Below are positions 56,157 through 64,000 of a DNA stretch of 64,000 bases, piece after piece; position 1 is the first letter of the stretch; each line of letters starts with the position of its first letter. The notes beneath the pieces were generated by a model. The model was not told where the DNA came from, ran no database searches, and saw nothing but the letters and a program-made list of their open reading frames with translations. The translations under genes and the position numbers were made by a program. Source of the stretch: Gemmatimonadota bacterium (lineage in GTDB: Bacteria > Gemmatimonadota > Gemmatimonadetes > Longimicrobiales > Gaopeijiaceae); assembly GCA_039589315.1 (NCBI GenBank), contig JBDHHQ010000010.1:26939-90938 (forward strand). Direction: 5' to 3'.

Positions 56157-57515
56157 CTATGACGGGCGTATGAAGCGGCCGGTCCCAGGCTCGGCCCGGA
56201 GCTCACCATTCTCGTAGACGCGGCGGCCGCGCAGCCACGTCGAAACGACCCGGCCGCGCACCCGACGTCCCTGGTACGGGCTCCACCCAACCGCGTAGTG
56301 CATCTCGCTCTCGTCCAACGTCCATTCCGCGGCGGGGTCGAAGACGACGAAGTCGGCGTCGGCCCCTGCCTCGAGGCGACCCTTCTTCCCGAGGCTGAAC
56401 ACCGCCGCCGGCCCCGACGACAACACCTCCACGAATCGCGCCAGCGAGATGCGGCCCTTCGCCACGCCTTCGCTGTACAGGAGCGTCCCCAGCGTCTCGG
56501 CTCCCGGCAGGCCGGCGTAAGCCGCGAATATGTCGCCGGTCTCCTTCCGATGAAGAGGATACGGCGAGTGGTCCGACGTGACGATGTCGATGAGTCCTGC
56601 CCCCAACTGCTCCCAGAGACCGTCGACGTCCTCCTGTGAGCGGAGGGGCGGGTTGCATTTGGCCCGACCTCCCTGCTCGCGGAGGGCGTCCATGGTGAGG
56701 ACCAGGTACTGGACACACGTCTCTCCGGTGGCTTGGACGCCCTGCGTGCGATTCCACGCGATCAGGTCGAACGTCCGCGGCAAGGTGCCGTGGACCATGT
56801 GCAGACGTGCCCCCGTCCAGTAGGCCAGCTCGAGCAGGCGGCCTGCGGCCTCGGCCTCGGCCACCGGAGGTCGGCTGAGGGCGTGATCGACGGGACTCAC
56901 ATCACCGCGGGCCCGGTAGGCCGCAGCCTGCGCCAACACGATCTCCTGGTTCTCCTGATGCGCAGCCACGGGAAGGCCGATGCGGGCGATCTCCTGAAAG
57001 GCCTCGTACAGACGCCCATCCGGGATGCGGGGGAAGCGGAGTGGATCCACCTCGATGGTCGATACCTTGAAGCCCGCGGCGCCGGCCGCGGCCATCTCCT
57101 CGATGATCGCCAGGTCACCTTCGGGAGGGAAGGTGGCGTAGAGGCCCACGTCGATGACGGCCTCGTTGGCCGCGTCGGCGATCTTGTCCGCGAGTCTCGC
57201 ACGCGTGTTGACGGGCCGAGACGGCTTGTCGAACGGCATGTCGATGATCGTCGTCGTCCCGCCGGCTGCCGCGGCGCCGGTCGTGGCGGTGATACCTTCG
57301 TCTACGCACGAGCGGGTGTGTACGTGTGCGTCGACGAATCCCGGGAGGACGAGGCAGCCGGAAGCGTCGATGACCTCGGACGCGGTGAGCGGGGCTTGTG
57401 CCACCTTCGTGATCAGCCCGTCGTCGACGCCCAGCCACCCGGCCTTCAGGACGCTTCCGTCCGGAAGGGCGATGTCGCCGTGCACGACCAGGTCGTGCTC
57501 TCGCGTGTCGCTCAT
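56157..57515 (-). CDS. Allantoinase/dihydroorotase-family cyclic amidohydrolase
   Basis: PGFVDAHVH, GGTTTIIDMP, KCNPPLR, SDHSP, GADADFVVFD. Confidence 0.9.
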   Translation of the reverse strand: MSDTREHDLVVHGDIALPDGSVLKAGWLGVDDGLITKVAQAPLTASEVIDASGCLVLPGFVDAHVHTRSCVDEGITATTGAAAAGGTTTIIDMPFDKPSRPVNTRARLADKIADAANEAVIDVGLYATFPPEGDLAIIEEMAAAGAAGFKVSTIEVDPLRFPRIPDGRLYEAFQEIARIGLPVAAHQENQEIVLAQAAAYRARGDVSPVDHALSRPPVAEAEAAGRLLELAYWTGARLHMVHGTLPRTFDLIAWNRTQGVQATGETCVQYLVLTMDALREQGGRAKCNPPLRSQEDVDGLWEQLGAGLIDIVTSDHSPYPLHRKETGDIFAAYAGLPGAETLGTLLYSEGVAKGRISLARFVEVLSSGPAAVFSLGKKGRLEAGADADFVVFDPAAEWTLDESEMHYAVGWSPYQGRRVRGRVVSTWLRGRRVYENGELRAEPGTGRFIRPS

Positions 57516-57699
57516 CGATCCCGCGTCGACGCTTTCGGTGTGGTCTGGCAGGGGTCCATGGCTCAGTGCCCGTGATGCTTCCGTGGCGCGCCGACGGCTG
57601 CGAAAGACAGTTCGAGGAGCACGTACGGGGCCCCAACGTAATGACCGCGTCGGCGGCCGAACACACTTTGGGCCTTCATTGGACCCACGGCCTCGAACG

Positions 57700-57785
57700 A
57701 TGTCAGGACCGTCGCCCTTCCGGCCCGAGGACGAGCCGCTTCGAGAGGACGTGCGACTCCTCGGCGCCCCTGTGGGCCGTGTGAC
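57700..57785 (+). pseudogene. ppc: N-terminal remnant resembling phosphoenolpyruvate carboxylase
   Basis: MSGPSPFRPEDEPLREDVRLLG..VGRV resembles the Ppc N-terminal helix; ends at the stop of the convergent permease. Confidence 0.55.
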
Positions 57786-58589
57786 CTACTGGACGTCGAT
57801 CCCTACGTCGGTTTCATGGCGGAGGCGATGATCCGACGTGAACAGGCGGGCGTAGGCGAGCATCGTGACGCCGAAGGTCGCGGTGGCAACCGTGGCCGCG
57901 ATCATGAACATGATCATGATCTGGTAGCGCACGGCGTCGGCCGGGGCAGCACCGGCGAGGATCTGTCCGGTCATCATCCCGGGCAGGCTCACGATCCCCA
58001 TGACGAGCATGGAGTTCACCGTCGGGATCAAGCCGACTCGTAGAGCCTCTCTGATCTCTCCCCGAGCCGCCTCCCAGCGGGTGGCACCGAGGGCCAGGAA
58101 GCCCTCGACCCGGGTTCGATCGCGGAGTACGGAGGTGAGGAAGCGATCCAGGCCGAGCGAAATGCCCGTCAGCGCGTTTCCCAGAAGCATGCCGAGTAGG
58201 GGGATCAGGTACTGAGGGTCCCACCAGGGGCTGGGTCGAAGGATGCCGAGGACGGATACGCCCGTGACCAGAAACGCGGTCGTGACGATGACGACGACCG
58301 CATCCAGGTAGGCGGCGGGAAAGCGAATGGACGTGCGTCGCGCCGCCGTCACGCCCGCCACGACGCCCATGGTCAAGCCCATGCCGAGAACCACGGCCCC
58401 GTTGGCGGACTCGAACACCCATTCCAATACCAGGCCCAGCAGAGCTAATTGGACGACCATGCGTACGCCAGCCACCAGCAGCCGGCGCCCCATGCCCAAC
58501 CGAAGCACCCAGGACAGCGCCAGGTTCACGACCAGCAGTGCTGCGGCGAGAATGAGGTCCGTCCAGCCGACGTCGATGTAGGTGCTCAT
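57786..58589 (-). CDS. fetB: FetB/YbbM-family ABC permease
   Basis: RMVVQL, PQYLIPLLGM, LGATRWEA, GIVSLPGMMTGQIL, AVRYQI. Confidence 0.88.
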   Translation of the reverse strand: MSTYIDVGWTDLILAAALLVVNLALSWVLRLGMGRRLLVAGVRMVVQLALLGLVLEWVFESANGAVVLGMGLTMGVVAGVTAARRTSIRFPAAYLDAVVVIVTTAFLVTGVSVLGILRPSPWWDPQYLIPLLGMLLGNALTGISLGLDRFLTSVLRDRTRVEGFLALGATRWEAARGEIREALRVGLIPTVNSMLVMGIVSLPGMMTGQILAGAAPADAVRYQIMIMFMIAATVATATFGVTMLAYARLFTSDHRLRHETDVGIDVQ

Positions 58590-59248
58590 CGGGCCTCCGG
58601 AAGCTCGATGAGGGGGCCGGCGAGCACTCGCTCGACCTGGACAGGATCGTGGCTGGTCCAGAGGACGGCCCGGCTCCCGGCATCGGTCCATGCATGGATC
58701 AGATCCTCCACCCGGCTCGTGGTCTTCGAGTCCAGGTGCGCCGTGGGCTCATCCAGCAGGAGCACGCTCGGCTCCAGCACGAGCGCTCGGACCAGCCCCA
58801 CCAGTTGTGCCTCTCCACCCGACAGCCGGGAAGCGCGCTGAGCCAGGAAGTCAGCCGGCTTGTCGAGGGCCGAGAACAGGTCCGCAGCCCGTTCCGCGAG
58901 GTGTTCCGCGCCCGCATGAGCCCCGAACTCACCGGGTAGCTCGACGTTGTCAGAGACGCTGCCAGGGATCAGCGCAGGGGACTGCTGCACGTACAGCACC
59001 CGGCTCCTGAATGTTGGGACCTCCCGTGCCTTCACCGCTCGGCCCGCGAACAGCACCTGTCCCTCGTCCGGACGGTCCAGGGCACAAAGACAGCGCAGAA
59101 GGAGTGACTTGCCGGTGCCCGACGCACCCACGAGCATGCCCCGGTTGCCCGCGGAAAGCTCCAGATCGACGCCGCGCCAGATCCAGCGATCGCCGAGCCG
59201 GCGACCGAGACGGCGCGCTGACAATACGGGTACGCTCACGGGCGTCAT
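58586..59248 (-). CDS. fetA: ABC ATP-binding protein (FetA-like)
   Basis: GASGTGKS, LSGGE, LLLDEPT; ATGA overlap with the permease. Confidence 0.85.
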   Translation of the reverse strand: MTPVSVPVLSARRLGRRLGDRWIWRGVDLELSAGNRGMLVGASGTGKSLLLRCLCALDRPDEGQVLFAGRAVKAREVPTFRSRVLYVQQSPALIPGSVSDNVELPGEFGAHAGAEHLAERAADLFSALDKPADFLAQRASRLSGGEAQLVGLVRALVLEPSVLLLDEPTAHLDSKTTSRVEDLIHAWTDAGSRAVLWTSHDPVQVERVLAGPLIELPEAR

Positions 59249-59387
59249 CCATCCGAGTCCGCGTGATCCGTCACGCGGCGGAAACAAAGGCGTCGGAACC
59301 CTGACCGGTCACGCCGCTGAAGCAACGCGACGGTCACTCGCGTAGGATTAGTCGGGTTCCGATCCGATCGCGCAAGGAGGAGTCGAC

Positions 59388-59960
59388 ATGGAGCTGGCGC
59401 TGTCCATCCTGGTCGGGCTCGGGTTGAGCGCCGCCTGCGGATTCCGGGTCTTCGTGCCGCTCCTCGGTATGAGCCTGGCCGCCCAGACCGGTCATCTGGA
59501 GCTCGCGTCGGGGTTCGCCTGGATCGGTAGCCCGGTGGCCACAGGCGCCTTCGGCGTGGCCACGCTCCTCGAAGTCGGAGCCTACTTCGTTCCTTGGCTC
59601 GACAACGCCCTCGACATGCTGACGGCGCCGGCCGCCGTGGTCGCCGGGACCATCGCCATGGCGTCCGCCCTAGCGGACGTCTCGCCATTTCTGCAGTGGA
59701 CGCTTGGCGTGATCGCCGGGGGCGGAGCCGCCGGCGGAGTCCAGGCTCTGACGGTAGCGACGCGGGGCGCATCGACGGTCACGACCGCGGGGTTCGCCAA
59801 CCCGCTGATCGCCCTGGTCGAGTTGGTGGCGTCGCTGGTCACGACCCTGTTGGCCGTCGTGGCGCCAGTCCTCGCCGTGCTCGGGCTCGGCGTGCTGGCC
59901 GTCTTCGTCTTCCGGTGGATTCGGAGCGGCGGCGGTCCGGAAGCTCGAGCAGTCATGTAG
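59388..59960 (+). CDS. DUF4126 membrane protein
   Basis: GLSAACGFRVFVPLL, PWLDNALD, TTAGFANP; AGGAGG RBS. Confidence 0.88.
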   Translation: MELALSILVGLGLSAACGFRVFVPLLGMSLAAQTGHLELASGFAWIGSPVATGAFGVATLLEVGAYFVPWLDNALDMLTAPAAVVAGTIAMASALADVSPFLQWTLGVIAGGGAAGGVQALTVATRGASTVTTAGFANPLIALVELVASLVTTLLAVVAPVLAVLGLGVLAVFVFRWIRSGGGPEARAVM

Positions 59961-60091
59961 CATCCAGGCGACGAGCAGCGACAACGAGGAGGAGCGCTCC
60001 GTCAGCAGAGCTGGTGCACGAGCACTCCATCTGGCAGGTCCCCCCCGGCAGTCTTCTTGCGCCGCTGTGGTTTGACGCCGGATTATGCGGT

Positions 60092-62782
60092 ATGGCTCCG
60101 GACTCAGCAGCCCGCCTGCACGATGCCCTCGAAGGCCGTTACGTCGTCGAACGTGAGCTTGGCGAAGGCGGCATGGCGACCGTGTACCTAGCGGAGGATC
60201 TCAGGCACAGGCGGAAAGTCGCCCTCAAGGTCCTGAAGCCCGAGCTGGCGGCGGTGGTGGGAGCCGAGCGCTTCCTGACCGAGATCGAGACCACGGCCAA
60301 CCTGCAGCATCCCCACATTCTCCCGCTGCACGACTCGGGCGAGGCCGACGGCTTCCTCTACTACGTGATGCCCTACATCGAGGGCGAGTCGTTGCGGGAT
60401 CGCCTGGACCGCGAGCGCCAACTGCCCGTCCTGGAAGCGATCAAGATCACCACGGACCTGGCCGAGGCTCTCGACTACGCGCACCGGCAGGGCGTCATCC
60501 ATCGAGACATCAAGCCGGCCAACATCCTGATGCACGAGGGCCGGCCCCTCATCGCCGACTTCGGGATCGCGCTGGCGGTGGGCGCAGCTGGCGGAGCCCG
60601 GCTCACCGAGACGGGTTTGAGCGTCGGGACGCCGTTCTACATGAGCCCCGAGCAGGCTACCGGTGACTCGGTCGTTGGCCCCCAGAGCGACATCTACGCC
60701 CTTGCGTGCGTGCTCTTCGAGATGCTCACGGGCGATCCCCCCTACCCCGGCTCCACGGCGCAGGCCGTGCTGGGGAAGATCATCGCGGGCGAGCCGGTCT
60801 CGGCCACCAAGATCCGCCGGACGGTGCCGGCACATGTGGACGCGGCGATCCGCATGGCGCTAGAGAAGCTCGCGGCGGATCGGTTCACGAGCGCGCGGGC
60901 GTTCGCGGGCGCGCTGGGAGACCGGGGGTTCCGGCATGGGAAAGCCGCGGGCGTGGGCGCGGGTTCGACGGACGCAGGCCTCTGGAAGCCCGTCGCGATC
61001 GGACTGGGGATGCTCGCTGTAGGCGCACTCGCGGGGGTGGCCTACATGGCGACTCGACCAGAGCCCGCGGCTCCCGTGGTCCGTTATGCGCTGACGTTTC
61101 CAGAGGATGAGAGCCCTGCCTTCACCGGGCAGGCCGCGTTCGGCGTCTCCACCGCTCTCTCCGCTGACGGGTCTCGCCTCGTCTACGTCGCCGGCGGCAC
61201 CGACTTCTGGCTCATGCTTCGTGAGCGGAGCGCGCTGGAGGCCGTTCCGATCCCTGGCGGCGAGGGTGGCTTCCAGCCCTTCTTCTCCCCCGACGGCACC
61301 CGGGTCGGGTTCCTCGTCGACGGTACCCGTGAGATCAAGGTCGTGTCCCTGGGCGGTGAACCCCCGTTGACGGTGGTCGATGGTGGGGTGTTCCGGTTGG
61401 GTGCCGCATGGGGTCCCGACGACTACCTCTACTTCGTCGAGCAGCCGAGAGCCGGCATCTCGAGGGCGCCCGTGGGCGGCGGCGTGATCGAGCCACTCTC
61501 GACGCCGGACGCAACCCAGCGGGAGGCCCGTCACGGTTGGCCCTCGGTCCTACCGAACGGCAAAGGCGTCCTGGTCACCGTGCTCCGTGGGGTCAACGAG
61601 TACGATCCCGAGGACGACGTCGGCGTTCTCGACTTGGCAACCGGCGAGCTCGAGATCCTCTTCCGGGGCACGCTGGCCCGCTACGTGCCAACCGGCCACC
61701 TCCTGATCGTCACACACGAGGGGGACCTCGTGACAGCACCCTTCGACCAGGACCGGCTCGAGGTCACTGGACCCTCGGTACCGCTGCTGTCGGGACTTCA
61801 GTCCGCCACTCGAGGCCCGGACGTGGCCGTGTCCTCGTCCGGTCGGCTGCTCTACTCGCCCGGCACGCAGGCTACGGGGTTCGAGGTGGTCTGGGTGGAT
61901 CGCGCGGGTCGCGCGGTGCCGGTGGAGCCGGGGTGGAGCATCGATCGGTCGCCTGGGAGCGGGATGGCACTCTCGCCGGACGGGCGCAGCATCGCCTTGG
62001 CCGTGAGGGGGCAGGGCAGTCCGGAGGTTTGGATCAAGCAGCTGGAGGGACCGTTCACCCGCTTCGGCTTCGGCAACGGATGGGCGTTCAATCCGGCCTG
62101 GTCACCGGACGGCCGCGCCGTGCTCTACGTAGGCGGCCCGGGAGGTGATGACTTCGATCTCTACGTGAGACGGGCCGACGGTAGCACTCCGCCTGAAGTG
62201 TTCATGGACCTCGACGTGCCCCTCGCTCGAGCCGAGTGGTCGAGCGCCGGCGATTGGGTGGTCACGCATACGGGGCCGAGCCCGACCCGCGACATTCTGG
62301 CCTGGAGGCCGGGCGTGGACAGTGTCCCGGCTCCCCTGATCGCCACCGAGTTCGAGGAGTCCGCACCAGCGGTGTCCCCCCATGGTCGCTACCTGGCGTA
62401 CTCGTCGAACGAGTCCGGGCAACCGGAGATCCACGTACGCCCCTTCCCCAACGTGGACGACTGGCGGGTGGTCGTCTCGAGCGACGGCGGTCGGGAACCG
62501 GCGTGGTCGCCCGACGGGCAGGAGCTGTTCTACAAGAACGAGGAGCGGCGGCTCATCGCAGTGCGTGTATCCACCGATGAAGGCTTCGAGATCGTGGATC
62601 GCCTACCCCTGTTCGACCTCCTGCCGGGGGACTCCTACAGCCCCGGGGGCGCGACGTACGCGGTGAGCCGGGATGGCGAATTCCTGATGGTCGTGGCTCC
62701 CGGTGCCGACGAGGAGGCTCCAGGCGGGTTCATAGTCGTCGAGAACTTCCTGGAAGAGCTGCTGGAAAAGGTGGGCGGATAA
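60092..62782 (+). CDS. Ser/Thr protein kinase with TM helix and TolB-like/PD40 beta-propeller
   Basis: GEGGMA, VALK, HRDIKPAN, DFG, YMSPEQ; repeated SPDG/WSPDG. Confidence 0.95.
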   Translation: MAPDSAARLHDALEGRYVVERELGEGGMATVYLAEDLRHRRKVALKVLKPELAAVVGAERFLTEIETTANLQHPHILPLHDSGEADGFLYYVMPYIEGESLRDRLDRERQLPVLEAIKITTDLAEALDYAHRQGVIHRDIKPANILMHEGRPLIADFGIALAVGAAGGARLTETGLSVGTPFYMSPEQATGDSVVGPQSDIYALACVLFEMLTGDPPYPGSTAQAVLGKIIAGEPVSATKIRRTVPAHVDAAIRMALEKLAADRFTSARAFAGALGDRGFRHGKAAGVGAGSTDAGLWKPVAIGLGMLAVGALAGVAYMATRPEPAAPVVRYALTFPEDESPAFTGQAAFGVSTALSADGSRLVYVAGGTDFWLMLRERSALEAVPIPGGEGGFQPFFSPDGTRVGFLVDGTREIKVVSLGGEPPLTVVDGGVFRLGAAWGPDDYLYFVEQPRAGISRAPVGGGVIEPLSTPDATQREARHGWPSVLPNGKGVLVTVLRGVNEYDPEDDVGVLDLATGELEILFRGTLARYVPTGHLLIVTHEGDLVTAPFDQDRLEVTGPSVPLLSGLQSATRGPDVAVSSSGRLLYSPGTQATGFEVVWVDRAGRAVPVEPGWSIDRSPGSGMALSPDGRSIALAVRGQGSPEVWIKQLEGPFTRFGFGNGWAFNPAWSPDGRAVLYVGGPGGDDFDLYVRRADGSTPPEVFMDLDVPLARAEWSSAGDWVVTHTGPSPTRDILAWRPGVDSVPAPLIATEFEESAPAVSPHGRYLAYSSNESGQPEIHVRPFPNVDDWRVVVSSDGGREPAWSPDGQELFYKNEERRLIAVRVSTDEGFEIVDRLPLFDLLPGDSYSPGGATYAVSRDGEFLMVVAPGADEEAPGGFIVVENFLEELLEKVGG

Positions 62783-62935
62783 GCGGCTGACCGTTTCCCG
62801 ACTCCCGCCGCCCAGCCGGCGCTTCCGCTGAAACGTCCGTACCGCTCCACTCGAATGCACCGCCCAATCACACGTTTCCGCGGAGACGTTCGGCCCTTGG
62901 CCCTACGCAGCCCCGACACGAGTTCCTTGCCCATG

Positions 62936-62984
62936 CTATAGTGCCAACTATAGTTTGGATCAATACAGTAGTCGGTAAACTACT
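62936..62984. promoter_or_regulatory. AT-rich tandem palindromes, candidate PadR operator
   Basis: CTATAGT-GCCA-ACTATAG (62936-62953) and AGTAGT-CGGTAA-ACTACT (62967-62984). Confidence 0.7.
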
Positions 62985-63005
62985 CAGTTGCTGCCGAGGC
63001 ACCCC

Positions 63006-63362
63006 ATGAACGCGACCCGCGAGCCCGAGAGCTTTCTCCCTCTGGGCCATCTGGCCTTCCACATCCTCCTTGCCCTGGGCGAAGGACCGGCTCACGGCTA
63101 CGCCATCGGCAAGGAAGCGGAGGAGCGGACGCGAGGGAAGCTCAAACCCACGACGGGGGGACTCTACCAGGCGCTCCGACGCCTCAAAGAGGACGAACTG
63201 GTGGCGACCTCCCCCCAGGCGACCGCGGAATCGTCCGATTCACGGCGCCAGTACTTCGAGCTGACGCCTTTGGGCCGGCGGGTGCTCCGTGCCGAGCTCA
63301 GGCGACTGAAGGCCATCATCGCTGAGGCGGAAGCGAGTGATCTGCTACCGCGGTCGGTCTGA
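63006..63362 (+). CDS. PadR family regulator
   Basis: FHILLAL, HGYAI, GGLYQALRRL, RRQYFELT..G. Confidence 0.93.
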   Translation: MNATREPESFLPLGHLAFHILLALGEGPAHGYAIGKEAEERTRGKLKPTTGGLYQALRRLKEDELVATSPQATAESSDSRRQYFELTPLGRRVLRAELRRLKAIIAEAEASDLLPRSV

Positions 63363-63446
63363 CCGTGCACGGATGCTCGAGGTGACGGCACTCACGCGCA
63401 CCGCCAGATGCGCCTCTCCCGGTTTCGGCGGGCCGGGCCGCGCAGG

Positions 63447-64000
63447 ATGAGCACGCCCGAAGGGCCGGATCTGCGGATCTTCCGCGCGTTGCTGCGCCTC
63501 TACCCGGCCGATTACCGGCAGGCGTTCGGGCCGGACATGGTGGAGACGTACCTGTACCGGTCCGAGGACGCCGGCCGGTACGGCTGGTTCCGGCGAGTAT
63601 GGTTCGTGATCCGCGAGCTCGCGGGGCTGTCGCTGGGTGCGGTCGATGAGCGGCGGCACCGCCGCCGAGTGGCGCGGCAGGAGCTCCGCCGGTTGCGAGA
63701 GGTGGGTGGGAGGGCCGTTCGGGCCCGACGGGGTGGACTCCAGACGGTGGAGGACCTGGTGCAGGACATCAAGTACGGACTCCGGATCATCTTCAAGAGC
63801 CCGCTGTTCAGCGGGATCGCGGTGCTCACGCTGGCGTTGGGCATCGGCGCCGTCACGGCCATCTACAGCGTCGTGGACGCTGTCCTCATGGAGCCGCTCC
63901 CCTTCGAGGAGCCCGACGAGATCGTGCTCCTGTGGACGCAGAACCGTGACGAAGGACAGGAGCGCTACTTCGTCTCGCCCATGGACTTCGGCGACTGGCG
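63447..64000 (+). CDS. Orphan ABC permease (ADOP-type), 3'-truncated by window edge
   Basis: Not in the ORF track; MSTPEG..LLRLYPADYRQAFG prefix, then QDIKYGLR, LALGIGA..AIYSVVDAVL.EPLPF. Confidence 0.92.
   Translation, partial: MSTPEGPDLRIFRALLRLYPADYRQAFGPDMVETYLYRSEDAGRYGWFRRVWFVIRELAGLSLGAVDERRHRRRVARQELRRLREVGGRAVRARRGGLQTVEDLVQDIKYGLRIIFKSPLFSGIAVLTLALGIGAVTAIYSVVDAVLMEPLPFEEPDEIVLLWTQNRDEGQERYFVSPMDFGDW

Noticed and set aside
57516..57660. Cobalamin-riboswitch-like words on the minus strand (AACTGT, GCCAC, CCTGCC) upstream of the amidohydrolase
   Set aside because: 5' conserved GGGAA and GGTGnAAnTCC blocks are missing; probably chance
1..64000. CRISPR arrays, tRNA/rRNA, tRNA-Sec, transposases, prophage
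   Set aside because: No repeat-spacer periodicity, cloverleaf or mobile-element motifs seen; intergenic gaps are short

Overview
High-GC bacterial chromosomal window, densely coded, with about 45 genes. I found no rRNA, tRNA, CRISPR array or transposase. The gene repertoire suggests Gemmatimonadota or a similar lineage (inference): PadR plus orphan duplicated ABC permeases, Ser/Thr kinases with TolB-like repeats, DUF5916 and many secreted peptidases. The window opens with a 5'-truncated dnaE and fabH and is otherwise accessory: three PadR/orphan-permease pairs, a FIST plus hybrid histidine kinase pair, a ~16 kb block of exported peptidases/hydrolases, a ceramidase, a GMC oxidoreductase, a DapA-like plus cyclic amidohydrolase pair and fetAB-like genes. 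Most notable: (1) a SAM methyltransferase split in the ORF track by an in-frame TGA in a Cys-TGA context, followed by a SECIS-like hairpin, so probably a selenoprotein; (2) a 1796-aa double-lipase plus CHAT (caspase-like) protein followed by a Vps62/NLP-like gene; (3) a divergent pair of ATP-dependent amide ligases lacking their usual partners; (4) a different tandem palindrome upstream of each padR; (5) a short ppc remnant. All family calls come from motif recognition by eye, not database searches.
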